The notes beneath the pieces were generated by a model, which did no database searches, was not told the DNA's origin, and worked only from the letters and a program-made list of their open reading frames with translations. Below are positions 36,413-45,950 of a stretch of 61,394 nucleotides of DNA, piece by piece. The DNA is taken from contig JANJFQ010000001.1 in assembly GCA_025435355.1 (NCBI GenBank), positions 1 through 61,394 of the forward strand, read 5' to 3'. This DNA comes from Candidatus Methanophagales archaeon (GTDB lineage: Archaea; Halobacteriota; Syntropharchaeia; Alkanophagales; Methanospirareceae). Both the position numbers and the translations under genes were made by a program. Every line of letters begins with the position of its first letter. Positions within the stretch are counted from its first letter, which is position 1.

Positions 36413-38229
36413 TCCACCACCACCGTAAATAGTATATAGACGAGAAGGACGAACATAGCAAGAAGTATGTAGAGTAAATTATACGACAACTCTCTATCCT
36501 TAATTTGCTTTATTTTGTCATGGATCTCTTTGAAATTGAGTAGTTCCGGAAGTCTCACGTGAAACGCTTTATCCAGTGGATTCTCAACATACGTAACTAC
36601 GAGGGGCCAAAAATCATTGCCGAAAAAACCTGCCATTCTCATTACATTACGGTCAACGTAGTTCGCGAACGCCATTAACGGCTTCTCGCAGAACCATATA
36701 ACCCTCTTCCCCGGTATTCGATAGAACCAGTCGGTATCAAGCGTGATTGTTGGCGTACCATGAAGCATTCCCTTTAGCAGCCAAAACGCTACGAATGTGA
36801 ACAGAAGGAGCTGGCTCATTGCTACCACATGACCAGCCGCATAAGGAACGTAATCAACTGGATAAGGAAGCATGTTGTAAAGTATTTTTGGATACACACC
36901 GAGAAGTGTGCACAAAAACGCGGTTATGCCCATTGCGGCAAGCATATTCTTAGGTGGCTCCCTTGCCTCGCATACTGGCTCCTTTCTTGCAAACCACGCG
37001 CCCCACGGAAGTTTCAAACCGGTATGCAGGAAGGTTCCAATCGAAGCGCCTTCGAGCATCAGCCATATAATTGAATAATGCCACATCGCAGAGGCAGTGA
37101 CAACCATTGTCTTGCTCACGAATCCGTTGAATAGAGGAAATCCGGAAATCGAAAATGCGCCGATCATATAAAGCCAAAAAGTGATGGGCATGTATTTGTA
37201 GATACCACCCAATTCGGTCAGTTTGCTTCTTCCCGTTACCTCTATTATTGCACCCATACCCATGAAAAGGAGCGCTTTGTAAAGGATATGGCAGAAAGCA
37301 TGCGCAGCCGCACCATTTATTGCCATTTCTCCAGCCGCAGTGCCAAAAACGCCCATCCCCACCCCGCATACCATGTATCCCACCTGGGAGATGATATGAT
37401 ATGCAAGAAGTCTTCTTATATCATTCTCAAGTACTGCAAATACAACCCCATACAGCGCCATGATCGCTCCTAACCATATCAGAACCTCAACACCCGGAAA
37501 GCCTCTTATCAGCACGTATATCGCACTCTTCGTGGTAAATGCAGTTAAAAACACCGCTCCGGTAACCGTCGCTTCCGGATACGCATCCGCCAGCCAAGCA
37601 CCTAAAGGAGGCACGGCAGCATTTATGATAAATGCGAGAAATATAAGATAAGAAGCCAGATACTCACTTCCTAATCCCCATTCAAAACTTTCAAATGCGA
37701 TAGAACCCGTAGCTTGCAACTGTAACACAACACCTGCTAATAGGCATATACCGCCAAACATGTGCACCATGATAAACCTGAATCCCGCACCGTATGCTGC
37801 CTTCGTTTTACGATACCAAATTAAGAGCATTGATGACCATGCCATCACTTCCCAGAAGAAGAATAGAGTAAAGAGGTCGCCTGCGAATACCACTCCCAGC
37901 GTGCTGCCGACGTAGAAGAAAGCGGCTAAATGCTGCCCCGTCTCGCTTACATGAAGTGCATAAATCGTCATGCAAAAGGATGCAATCACGAATACGTATG
38001 CGAATACCATGCTCAGCCGGTCCACTCTCCCGAGGGTAAGCTCGTATCCCATGAAGGAGAGCTGCCAGAAAGGGCCAGTCCCGAATACGCCCTTTGATAT
38101 GAGTATGAGGTCAATAAACGCTACTGCGGGCAACAGAAGCAAATACACCTGCCTCCCTTTACCCTTTAACACGGGTATCAAAAGGGCTCCTAAGAGAAAT
38201 ATAAGTCCTGGGTGCAACCATTCAATCAC
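36409..38229 (-). CDS. antiporter-like subunit, 'C-type', with a different C-terminal tail
   Basis: The core is near-identical to 23996..25864 up to 'NVMRMAGFF'. It then diverges into 'GNDFWPLVVTYVENPLDKAFHVRLPELLNFKEIHDKIKQIKDRELSYNLLYILLAMFVLLVYILFTVVVE'. Confidence 0.8.
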   Translation of the reverse strand: MIEWLHPGLIFLLGALLIPVLKGKGRQVYLLLLPAVAFIDLILISKGVFGTGPFWQLSFMGYELTLGRVDRLSMVFAYVFVIASFCMTIYALHVSETGQHLAAFFYVGSTLGVVFAGDLFTLFFFWEVMAWSSMLLIWYRKTKAAYGAGFRFIMVHMFGGICLLAGVVLQLQATGSIAFESFEWGLGSEYLASYLIFLAFIINAAVPPLGAWLADAYPEATVTGAVFLTAFTTKSAIYVLIRGFPGVEVLIWLGAIMALYGVVFAVLENDIRRLLAYHIISQVGYMVCGVGMGVFGTAAGEMAINGAAAHAFCHILYKALLFMGMGAIIEVTGRSKLTELGGIYKYMPITFWLYMIGAFSISGFPLFNGFVSKTMVVTASAMWHYSIIWLMLEGASIGTFLHTGLKLPWGAWFARKEPVCEAREPPKNMLAAMGITAFLCTLLGVYPKILYNMLPYPVDYVPYAAGHVVAMSQLLLFTFVAFWLLKGMLHGTPTITLDTDWFYRIPGKRVIWFCEKPLMAFANYVDRNVMRMAGFFGNDFWPLVVTYVENPLDKAFHVRLPELLNFKEIHDKIKQIKDRELSYNLLYILLAMFVLLVYILFTVVVE

Positions 38230-38277
38230 TATCTATCACCTCCAGAGCGCACGGCGCTCATTTTCAAGGTGCATTTT

Positions 38278-38514
38278 TCAGTGCTTCTCATAGTAATCCT
38301 CCTCCTTCTGAAGCCAGTGATGTCCAAGCGCTTTCGACGCAACGATGATGATAATACAACCGATAAAGCCGTATATAGCACTGAAAACGGGTAATTTCTC
38401 CCACCAGAAATGAGGATGAAGAAGGTGTAAATGGTAAACGAGAATGCCAGCTAAGACACTCGCCGCAAGACTTACATAAAGCATCAAAAACAAATGTCTC
38501 ATTTTTATTTCCAT
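38278..38514 (-). CDS. small His-rich 2-TM membrane protein
   Basis: Near-identical to 25857..26087 ('...YHLHLLHPHFWWEKLPVFSAIYGFIGC...SKALGHHWLQKEEDYYEKH'). Confidence 0.65.
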   Translation of the reverse strand: MEIKMRHLFLMLYVSLAASVLAGILVYHLHLLHPHFWWEKLPVFSAIYGFIGCIIIIVASKALGHHWLQKEEDYYEKH

Positions 38515-38517
38515 TTT

Positions 38518-40074
38518 TTATATTCCCCCTACTAAACCTGCAACTGCGATTTTTGCAAGCTCTAATATGTAAAACGTATTCGGGCGCAAACAGAAAATAA
38601 TGGAGATAATTGCCGTTAGGGTCAAAGGAACGAGCATGAAAAGCGGAGCTTCTTTTATCTTCGTCTTTTTATTCTTATTCTCACTATCAGTCCACTCTCT
38701 GGATTTACCAAAGAACGCAGTAAATATGATAGGGAAAAAATAAACGATATCGAGCAAGGAACTTACCAGGATAACAGCCAAGAAAATCAGCTCGCCGGCT
38801 TCCAGTGTACCCATGCAAAGATACCATTTACTTATAAATCCTGACACCGGGGGGATACCACTCATTCCAAGCGCACCTACGGTAAATGCTAACATCGTTA
38901 CCGGCATCGTTCGTCCTATGCCCGCCATTTCGCTTATGTTCTTCTTTCCCGATGCCACCACTATGGAACCTGCACACATAAAGAGGGTTATCTTCATGAA
39001 CCCGTGAAAGGGAATGTGAATCATTGCCCCTGTTACACCCATAGGACCCAATAGCGCAACGCCAAAGATTATATAGGATAGCTGGCTTATGGTGGAATAT
39101 GCAAGCCTTCTTTTAAGGTTATCTTGCGCGATGGCAAACAAAGAAGCGACAATCATAGTAAACGCCGCCAGGGAAGCGAGTATTATCCCCAGTCCAAGCG
39201 CACTCATCAAATCCACGCCATATATGTAACACACAATTCTGACGATTACAAACACCCCTGCCTTCACCACTGCTACGGCATGCAAAAGCGCACTCACCGG
39301 CGTTGGCGCAGCCATTGCCGTCGGCAACCAACTGTGGAAAGGCATCCATGCTGCTTTCATGGAGCCCATCAAGAATAGCGCAAATAACATCATCAACGTC
39401 AAGCGTGATGCGGAATCGAGATTTAATATTCCACTGTTCTCAAAATCAGTCGTCCCGGTAAGGTAAAACGTTAACACTATCGCGACAAAAAAGCACCAAC
39501 CCGAAAAAAGCAAATATGCTAAGTATTTACGACCCGCAAATCGTGCTTCCCGTGCCTTATCAGACTCCTCTGCCTTGTGACCCCACGCGGGTAAGCCATC
39601 GTGAGCCACTAAGGGATATGTTGCTATCGTTAATGCTTCATAAAAAAAGTACATCGTGATCAGGTTCTTAGACATTGCTATACCTACCGCACCGAAAATG
39701 GCTAAAGCGAAACAGGCGTAGTATCGCGTTTGGGCGTGTTCGTGCAATGACCTCATATATCCTATGGAGTAGGACGACACAAGAATCCACAGGAAGGAAG
39801 AAGTAATCGCGAAAATAAGACCAAAAGCATCTATTTTGAATATAAAAACAATCCCGGTAAATACCGTAAAGAGAGGGCATTCAATTACGTTTCCTTCCAC
39901 AACAATTGGTACCATGGAACCGATAATCAAAAACTGTAGTATACTGGCGAACATCGTGCAGCTCTCTCTTATGTTCGGTCGCTTGCTAAATAGTAATATG
40001 AGAAAAACACAAATAAAGGGGCATGAAATTGCTAACAACGGTCTTATGGATTCTACTATCGCCAATTCATCCAC
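38518..40074 (-). CDS. antiporter-like subunit, 'B-type'
   Basis: Paralog of 26098..27615, with an extra loop 'GLPAWGHKAEESDKAREARF'. Confidence 0.8.
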   Translation of the reverse strand: MDELAIVESIRPLLAISCPFICVFLILLFSKRPNIRESCTMFASILQFLIIGSMVPIVVEGNVIECPLFTVFTGIVFIFKIDAFGLIFAITSSFLWILVSSYSIGYMRSLHEHAQTRYYACFALAIFGAVGIAMSKNLITMYFFYEALTIATYPLVAHDGLPAWGHKAEESDKAREARFAGRKYLAYLLFSGWCFFVAIVLTFYLTGTTDFENSGILNLDSASRLTLMMLFALFLMGSMKAAWMPFHSWLPTAMAAPTPVSALLHAVAVVKAGVFVIVRIVCYIYGVDLMSALGLGIILASLAAFTMIVASLFAIAQDNLKRRLAYSTISQLSYIIFGVALLGPMGVTGAMIHIPFHGFMKITLFMCAGSIVVASGKKNISEMAGIGRTMPVTMLAFTVGALGMSGIPPVSGFISKWYLCMGTLEAGELIFLAVILVSSLLDIVYFFPIIFTAFFGKSREWTDSENKNKKTKIKEAPLFMLVPLTLTAIISIIFCLRPNTFYILELAKIAVAGLVGGI

Positions 40075-41608
40075 CTCCTAAAATTGTAAGTGATGCCCTA
40101 ACGGCTAATCTAATGAGTGAAATGGGGAATAAGCCCCCTATAAGGCAGAAGAACGCAAAAACAACAACTGAGAATACCATTGGAAAAGGTGCCTCGTGGG
40201 TTCTAACAGCACCGCTTTCTATCATTAAAACCTTTGTCACTTTGAGATAATATGCAGCGGCGTATATAACATTAAATAAGAGAAGGATAAAAGTCGTAAG
40301 TATCACCACACCGCCAACAGACCGAAGTGCCATTGCCACAGACATTATTATTAGAAATTTACTCCAAAAACCAATTAAAGGCGGCAAACCTAATAATGAG
40401 AGCAAGCCTACCGTCATTGAGTAACCGGAATAGGGCATGTCCCTTCCAATGCCTCCCATTTTCGAGAGCTCCCTCGTATGGATACTGGAATGAATGTTGC
40501 CAGAACCCAGGAACACCATCGCTTTGGCTACACCATGACTCAAAATATGGAGTAAGGCACCAGCCATAGCTAAAGATGCCGCTTCAGGAGGGGTTTTTGA
40601 TGGTTCAGCTACGGTTGAGAGAATATAAGCGGCAACTCCTACACCTGTGGCTATAATACCTATGTTGACAATGCTTGAGTAGGCGAGAAGTCTTTTCAAG
40701 TCATTTTGGAAGTAGGCAAAGAGGTTTGCCACTGTCATTGACAGGAGACCCAGGATAAGCAAGATGAGACCATAATTGTAATACAAGGGAAAGAGTGTGA
40801 AAAGCACTCTAATTAACGCGTAAAATCCAACCATTATCATTATTCCACTCAGCATTGCTGAGATCGAACTGGGTGCGGCTGGGTGTGCTTCTGGTAACCA
40901 CGTATGAAGCGGAAAGACAGCCATCTTTATACCCAATCCCACGATGAAGAAAATAAAAGCCGCTTGAACTACTCTATTTCCATATAAAGGCGGCAATAAA
41001 AGCGAAAGGTCCTGTATGTTCAGCGAACCCGTTACTGAATACAGGAAACCGATGCCAAGCAAGAAGAAACAAGCACCGATAGAACCCATTACGAGGTAGG
41101 TAAAACTTGCCCTCAGTGCCATTCCCCCTTTCGAACCTACTAATGCATACGCAGCTAAAGACAATATCTCGAGAAACACGTACATGTTAAATATATCGCC
41201 GGTCACGGTTACACCGCATAAACCCGCTATAAAGAGTTGATAAATGGTATAAAAAGGAACAATTTTATGTGATAATTCTGGTAGTTCGTGCTCTATACTA
41301 CTTTTTGCATGTAGTGCGCATAGCAAGCCTAAAAACAGAATGATGACTAATACATAAGCGTTTAACACATCCACGAGATATTCTATGCCCCAGGGCGGCT
41401 TCCATCCTCCGAGCCAGTAATGTATGGTTCCTTTAGTAAGGACATGATTCAGGATAAAAAAAGACATGACGAGCTGAACGAGAATGGCTGCGATAGAAAT
41501 GAAACAGCAAGATTTCTTGTTCAGCTGGCCAGCAATCAGAATGGTGAATGCAGAAAACAGCGATATTGCAACTACAAGAACCGGGAATTGTTCAACTGGA
41601 CTTAACAT
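40067..41608 (-). CDS. antiporter-like subunit, 'A-type' (MrpD-like)
   Basis: 'YWLGGWKPPWGIEYLVDVLNA', 'TGDIFNMYVFLEILSLAAYALVG', 'LHTWLPEAHPAAPSSISAMLSG'. Confidence 0.8.
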   Translation of the reverse strand: MLSPVEQFPVLVVAISLFSAFTILIAGQLNKKSCCFISIAAILVQLVMSFFILNHVLTKGTIHYWLGGWKPPWGIEYLVDVLNAYVLVIILFLGLLCALHAKSSIEHELPELSHKIVPFYTIYQLFIAGLCGVTVTGDIFNMYVFLEILSLAAYALVGSKGGMALRASFTYLVMGSIGACFFLLGIGFLYSVTGSLNIQDLSLLLPPLYGNRVVQAAFIFFIVGLGIKMAVFPLHTWLPEAHPAAPSSISAMLSGIMIMVGFYALIRVLFTLFPLYYNYGLILLILGLLSMTVANLFAYFQNDLKRLLAYSSIVNIGIIATGVGVAAYILSTVAEPSKTPPEAASLAMAGALLHILSHGVAKAMVFLGSGNIHSSIHTRELSKMGGIGRDMPYSGYSMTVGLLSLLGLPPLIGFWSKFLIIMSVAMALRSVGGVVILTTFILLLFNVIYAAAYYLKVTKVLMIESGAVRTHEAPFPMVFSVVVFAFFCLIGGLFPISLIRLAVRASLTILGGG

Positions 41609-41679
41609 CTGCCCTTACTTCCCCCCCTTTATTCTTTATTTGTTTAAAAATTCCTTAATATATGTAGAAAAAACCATAA

Positions 41680-41724
41680 TATATAAAAGGTATCACTTTT
41701 TCTCCGACGAGACACCGGTGGCAT
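41680..41724 (-). promoter_or_regulatory. putative BRE/TATA promoter plus upstream conserved operator (core CACCGGTG)
   Basis: The minus strand reads 'ATGCCACCGGTGTCTCGTCGGAGAAAAAGTGATACCTTTTATATAT', homologous to 29171..29214. Confidence 0.55.
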
Positions 41725-41745
41725 GCTTTTCCTCTCTTGCACAGC

Positions 41746-41753
41746 AAAAAAAA
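41746..41753 (-). terminator. oligo-T (T8) archaeal-type terminator after the canonical mrp operon
   Basis: An A8 run on the plus strand is T8 on the coding strand. It starts 3 nt after the TAA of 41757..43298 and is followed by the independent promoter element at 41680..41724. Confidence 0.5.
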
Positions 41754-41756
41754 TTA

Positions 41757-43298
41757 TTACGGAATCACGTTTCCTACCGCTAGTTCCACAAGCTTATAGA
41801 AATACATAGAGATTATGTCCAACCTCAGAATGAAATCAAGGAAAAATATAACCGAGAAAATTGCCGTTATAGATAACGGAACGAGCATAAACAAGGGTGC
41901 CTCTTTTATCTCTTCTCCCACGCCTTCTGGTTTCTTGAAGAATGCAGTATGTATGATAGGGAAGAAATAAACGACATCCAGAAAAGAAGCTATTAAGAGA
42001 ATAAATAAAAAGGCTATCTCTTCTGCCTGTAGTGCACCCTGGCAAAGGAACCATTTACTTATGAATCCACATGCCGGCGGAATTCCGCACATCCCAAATG
42101 CGGTTATGGTGAATGCGAGCATCGTTACCGGCATCGTCTTCCCTACTCCGCTCATCTCACTTATGTTCTTCTTCCCTGTCGCTACCATTATCGCACCCGC
42201 GCAGAGGAACAGCGTTATCTTCATGAATCCATGGAAGGGGATGTGAATCATCGCTCCTCGTATCCCTTCCGTAGTTAACAATCCCGCACCTAAGAGTATA
42301 TACGATAGCTGGTTTATCGTGGAGTATGCAAGTCTTCTTTTCAAGTTGTCCTGCGCGATGGCAAACAAATTGGCTACGATCATTGTAAAACCCGCTATAC
42401 AGGCAAGCGCCAACCCAAGGTCAAGATGTTCGCCCACCAAATATACTTTGCCCATTAAATCCACGCCATAGATATAGCATACAATCCTGACGATTCCAAA
42501 TACGCCCGCCTTCACCACCGCTACTGCGTGTAAAAGCGCACTTACCGGCGTGGGTGCGATCATTGCAGTGGGAAGCCACGAGTGAAATGGCATCCACGCC
42601 GCTTTCAGGAACCCCAACAAGAAACAGAAGAACAGAATCGCCAGTGTCACTGAAGATACAGAACCGGCATCAAAACCTTCTTTTAGTATACCGCCATTCG
42701 TAAAATCGGTGGTCCCCGTAAGATAATAAGTCATCATCACCGCGAACAGGAAGAAAACGCCAGAGGTAAGCAGATAAGCGAAATATTTACGACCCGCACT
42801 CAAAGCTTCTGGTGACTGGTCGTGAATAACCAACGGATACGTTGAGACCGTTAATATCTCATAAAATATAAACAACGTGAGCAGATTTGCTGATAGCGCT
42901 ATGCCTATGGCACCGAATATGGCGATAGCAAAGCAGAAATAGTATCTTGTCTGCGCATGCTCCTTCAAAGACCTCATGTACCCTATGGAATAGAACGATA
43001 CGAGAATCCACAAAAAGGATGCAGTGAGAGCGAAAATAAGACCAAAAGCATCCACTTTAAACCCAAATGCAATTCCCTCGAACATCGTCTGGAAGAACGT
43101 GCATTCTATGACTTTCCTTTCCAAAATAATCGGCACCATGGATGCAACGAGCGAGAACTGCAGTATGCCAGCGATAATCGTCCAGCTCTCTCTTACGTTC
43201 GACCGCTTGCTGGACAACAATATGAGAATCGCAGCAGTGGCAGGGCATAGAATTGCTAACAAAGGTCTGTAACTGTAAACTATTGATTCCTCTATCAT
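41757..43298 (-). CDS. Mrp antiporter large subunit, B-type (MrpA N-terminal/NuoL-like or second MrpD)
   Basis: 'VDAFGLIFALTASFLWILVSFYSIGYM', 'FYEILTVSTYPLV', 'FHSWLPTAMIAPTPVSALLHAVAVVKAG'. It is the last gene of the mrp operon. Confidence 0.8.
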   Translation of the reverse strand: MIEESIVYSYRPLLAILCPATAAILILLSSKRSNVRESWTIIAGILQFSLVASMVPIILERKVIECTFFQTMFEGIAFGFKVDAFGLIFALTASFLWILVSFYSIGYMRSLKEHAQTRYYFCFAIAIFGAIGIALSANLLTLFIFYEILTVSTYPLVIHDQSPEALSAGRKYFAYLLTSGVFFLFAVMMTYYLTGTTDFTNGGILKEGFDAGSVSSVTLAILFFCFLLGFLKAAWMPFHSWLPTAMIAPTPVSALLHAVAVVKAGVFGIVRIVCYIYGVDLMGKVYLVGEHLDLGLALACIAGFTMIVANLFAIAQDNLKRRLAYSTINQLSYILLGAGLLTTEGIRGAMIHIPFHGFMKITLFLCAGAIMVATGKKNISEMSGVGKTMPVTMLAFTITAFGMCGIPPACGFISKWFLCQGALQAEEIAFLFILLIASFLDVVYFFPIIHTAFFKKPEGVGEEIKEAPLFMLVPLSITAIFSVIFFLDFILRLDIISMYFYKLVELAVGNVIP

Positions 43299-44821
43299 GG
43301 CGCTGCTACCACCCCCGTGCCCAACAATGCATTCACTGCATGGTCAACTACCGGTAGTAAAGGTGTCTCCGTACCCGCAAGCCAGAGGATACCAACGATA
43401 ATGCAGAGAGAACCGAGAATTAATGCGGGAAGAACCATGCTCATCGGTGCTTCATCTTTTCTTATCTCTTTTTCTTCCTCTCCTTCACCCTTCACAAAAT
43501 ACATGCGCTCTATAACTCGCCAGAAATAAACGAGGTTGAGAAGCGTGCTGGCAAGTATAACGGCTACAAAGGCATATTCCACAGCTTCTAAAGACGCAGC
43601 CAGCAAGCACAATTTCGTTATAAATCCCACGCTTGGCGGCACCCCTATCATTGATAACGCCGCTATCGTGAAAGCAGCGCAGGTATACGGCATCTTCTTC
43701 CCCAACCCCACGAAATCGTGTATGTTCCACAAACCATAACGGTATATTATGGCACCGGCAACCAGGAACAAGCATCCTTTTGTTAGCGCATGATTCAATA
43801 TATGCATCAACGCACCGTATAGACCCCACTGAGTAGAATAGAGTCCCACGCCAAGCACGATATAGCCTACCTGTGCGACACTGGAGTAAGCAAGCATTCT
43901 CTTCAAATTAGACTGCATTATTGCAATAATCGAGCCCACGATAATGGCTATCGCGGCTATCCAGGAAATGGCAGTGGCGATAGGCACGTAAATCCGGATG
44001 AATTCCGTGGTGAAGACAGAGAAAAAGACCCTTATGAAAGCATAAATGGAAACCTTTGACATCGCCGCGGCTATTATCACGGTAACCGCGGAAGGAGCAT
44101 ACGTATATGCGTCGGGTTGCCATATATGGAGTGGGAAGAGCGCCATTTTTATGCTCATTCCAACAACGAAGAAGACAAAAGCCGCTTGCACTACTTTATT
44201 CTCATACAGTGGTGGCAACAGGTGCGAAAGGTCCGCCATGTTAAGCGAGCCTGTTACGGCATACAGAAAACCAGCACCAAGAAGGTAGAAGCAAGCACCT
44301 ATGGAGCCCATAATTACGTAGTTATAGCTCGCTTTCAACGCTCTCCTTCCTGCAACGGCTATTAACGCATACGCCGCTAAAGAGGCTATCTCCAGGAATA
44401 CATACAGGTTGAATATATCCCCGGTTACCGTTATACCGCATAAACCGGTGATAAGAAGTTGAAAGACCACGTAGAACGGCACGATCCTGTGTGGCTGCTC
44501 GCGCTCTATACTCCTCTTTGCATATATTGCCGTTAACAGGCAGATGAATAGAACTATAACCAACACGTACGCGTTGAATGCGTCTATAACGTATTCTATG
44601 CCCCATGGAGGTGCCCATCCACCCAGCCTGTAATGTATCGTGCCACGAGTGATGACCTGGTTTAAAATGAAAAGAGCCATAAATAGCTGCACGGAAATGG
44701 TTGCGATGGAAATAGGCAAACAAGTCTTCTTATTCCACCGTCCTGCAATCAAAATAGTAAATGCAGAAAGCATGGATATTACAATGACAAGCACCGGAAA
44801 ATGTTCAGTTACAATCAACAT
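43295..44821 (-). CDS. mrpD: Mrp antiporter subunit D
   Basis: 'YRLGGWAPPWGIEYVIDAFNA', 'TGDIFNLYVFLEIASLAAYALIA', 'LHIWQPDAYTYAPSAVT', 'LAYSSVAQVGYI'. Confidence 0.8.
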   Translation of the reverse strand: MLIVTEHFPVLVIVISMLSAFTILIAGRWNKKTCLPISIATISVQLFMALFILNQVITRGTIHYRLGGWAPPWGIEYVIDAFNAYVLVIVLFICLLTAIYAKRSIEREQPHRIVPFYVVFQLLITGLCGITVTGDIFNLYVFLEIASLAAYALIAVAGRRALKASYNYVIMGSIGACFYLLGAGFLYAVTGSLNMADLSHLLPPLYENKVVQAAFVFFVVGMSIKMALFPLHIWQPDAYTYAPSAVTVIIAAAMSKVSIYAFIRVFFSVFTTEFIRIYVPIATAISWIAAIAIIVGSIIAIMQSNLKRMLAYSSVAQVGYIVLGVGLYSTQWGLYGALMHILNHALTKGCLFLVAGAIIYRYGLWNIHDFVGLGKKMPYTCAAFTIAALSMIGVPPSVGFITKLCLLAASLEAVEYAFVAVILASTLLNLVYFWRVIERMYFVKGEGEEEKEIRKDEAPMSMVLPALILGSLCIIVGILWLAGTETPLLPVVDHAVNALLGTGVVAAP

Positions 44822-44954
44822 TTATTTACCTCCTTTCTCTTTTCCATTTGGGTTCGCACGTATAATAAAAAATTATTCATGCGCCCCAAAAGGGAATAAA
44901 AAAGAACTCATTATATAAGATTATCCTTTTTTTGGTGGCACATTTTATCTCCTC

Positions 44955-45344
44955 TCACAGCCCCATCTCTCTCTCCTTCTCTATTATCTCCTCTTCTTCC
45001 ATCGTCCCGTATTCCTCATACATTCTTATTACCAGCGCGAGGGCAACCGCAGTCGTGGCAACCGCTACCACTATCGCCGTCAGGATAAGCACGTGAGGTA
45101 ACGGATTCACGTAAACGTAACCCATATGTATTATTTCTTCGCTTACAATTGGCTCGGTTCCTCCTCTTATATCAGCCAGCGAAATGAAGAATAAGAATAT
45201 AGCGGTTTGAAATATGTTCAATCCGATGATTTTCTTTATCAGATTGCCCTTTGCTATCATCGCATAGAAACCGATGAGCATAAGCACAATGGAAACCCAG
45301 TAATTATATTTCGCAAATACTTCCCCGATTAGCCATTCCATCAT
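44955..45344 (-). CDS. mrpC: Mrp antiporter subunit C (NuoK-like)
   Basis: 'NYWVSIVLMLIGFYAMIAKGNLIKKIIGLNIFQTAIFLFFISLA'. The start is set at the internal MM (ORF track 45398) to clear the upstream stop. Confidence 0.75.
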   Translation of the reverse strand: MMEWLIGEVFAKYNYWVSIVLMLIGFYAMIAKGNLIKKIIGLNIFQTAIFLFFISLADIRGGTEPIVSEEIIHMGYVYVNPLPHVLILTAIVVAVATTAVALALVIRMYEEYGTMEEEEIIEKEREMGL

Positions 45345-45346
45345 TT

Positions 45347-45847
45347 CTATTCCTGTTCCTCCTTTTCTCCTACCTCTTCTTCGCTTTCTCTTTTCCACAC
45401 GAGGTTAAAAAATATAGAGGTAATTACAGCCATTACGGTTATCCCGATTCCTATTTCTACGAGGTCCATTCCTAAAGCGCGGTTCTCCTCAAAATGGGTT
45501 GTTAATGGAATGAAACCATAGTTTAAATACTGCGCAGCTCCAAAACTGAGGATTACGCACAGGAGTCCAACCCCCGCAAAGATATACACACCAACACTGA
45601 AAAGGTTGGTATTTACAGCCTCCGGGAATCTGTCCCCGGCATCAACGATACCAAAAGCAATAACGAGTAAGATAAAAGAAGCGGCGAATATAACTCCGCC
45701 TTGAAATCCTCCCCCGGGTCCGCCTGCTCCATGAATTATCACATACAATGCAAACAACTGGATAAAAGGTACCATCAGTCTCGATACTGTCTCTACTATG
45801 ACATCTCCACCTTTGCCTTCTCCTGTCGCACTATTTTCCGTGTTCAA
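45347..45847 (-). CDS. mrpB: Mrp antiporter subunit B (MnhB domain)
   Basis: 'HGAGGPGGGFQGGVIFAASFIL' is the MnhB signature. Confidence 0.8.
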   Translation of the reverse strand: MNTENSATGEGKGGDVIVETVSRLMVPFIQLFALYVIIHGAGGPGGGFQGGVIFAASFILLVIAFGIVDAGDRFPEAVNTNLFSVGVYIFAGVGLLCVILSFGAAQYLNYGFIPLTTHFEENRALGMDLVEIGIGITVMAVITSIFFNLVWKRESEEEVGEKEEQE

Positions 45848-45870
45848 AGCTTACCTCGCCTCCCAAAATA

Positions 45871-45948
45871 AACCACGAGATTCCACGAGATTAACACAAG
45901 AAGAGGTTGTTCCTATTTTCTCGTGGAAATCTGTGTAATCTTGTGGTT
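45871..45948. repeat. intercistronic imperfect inverted repeat (nested stems) with direct repeat CCACGAGATT x2
   Basis: 'AACCACGAGATT' (45871-45882) pairs with 'AATCTTGTGGTT' (45937-45948) with one mismatch. The inner 'CCACGAGA' (45883-45890) pairs with 'TCTCGTGG' (45919-45926). Confidence 0.55.
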
Positions 45949-45950
45949 AC

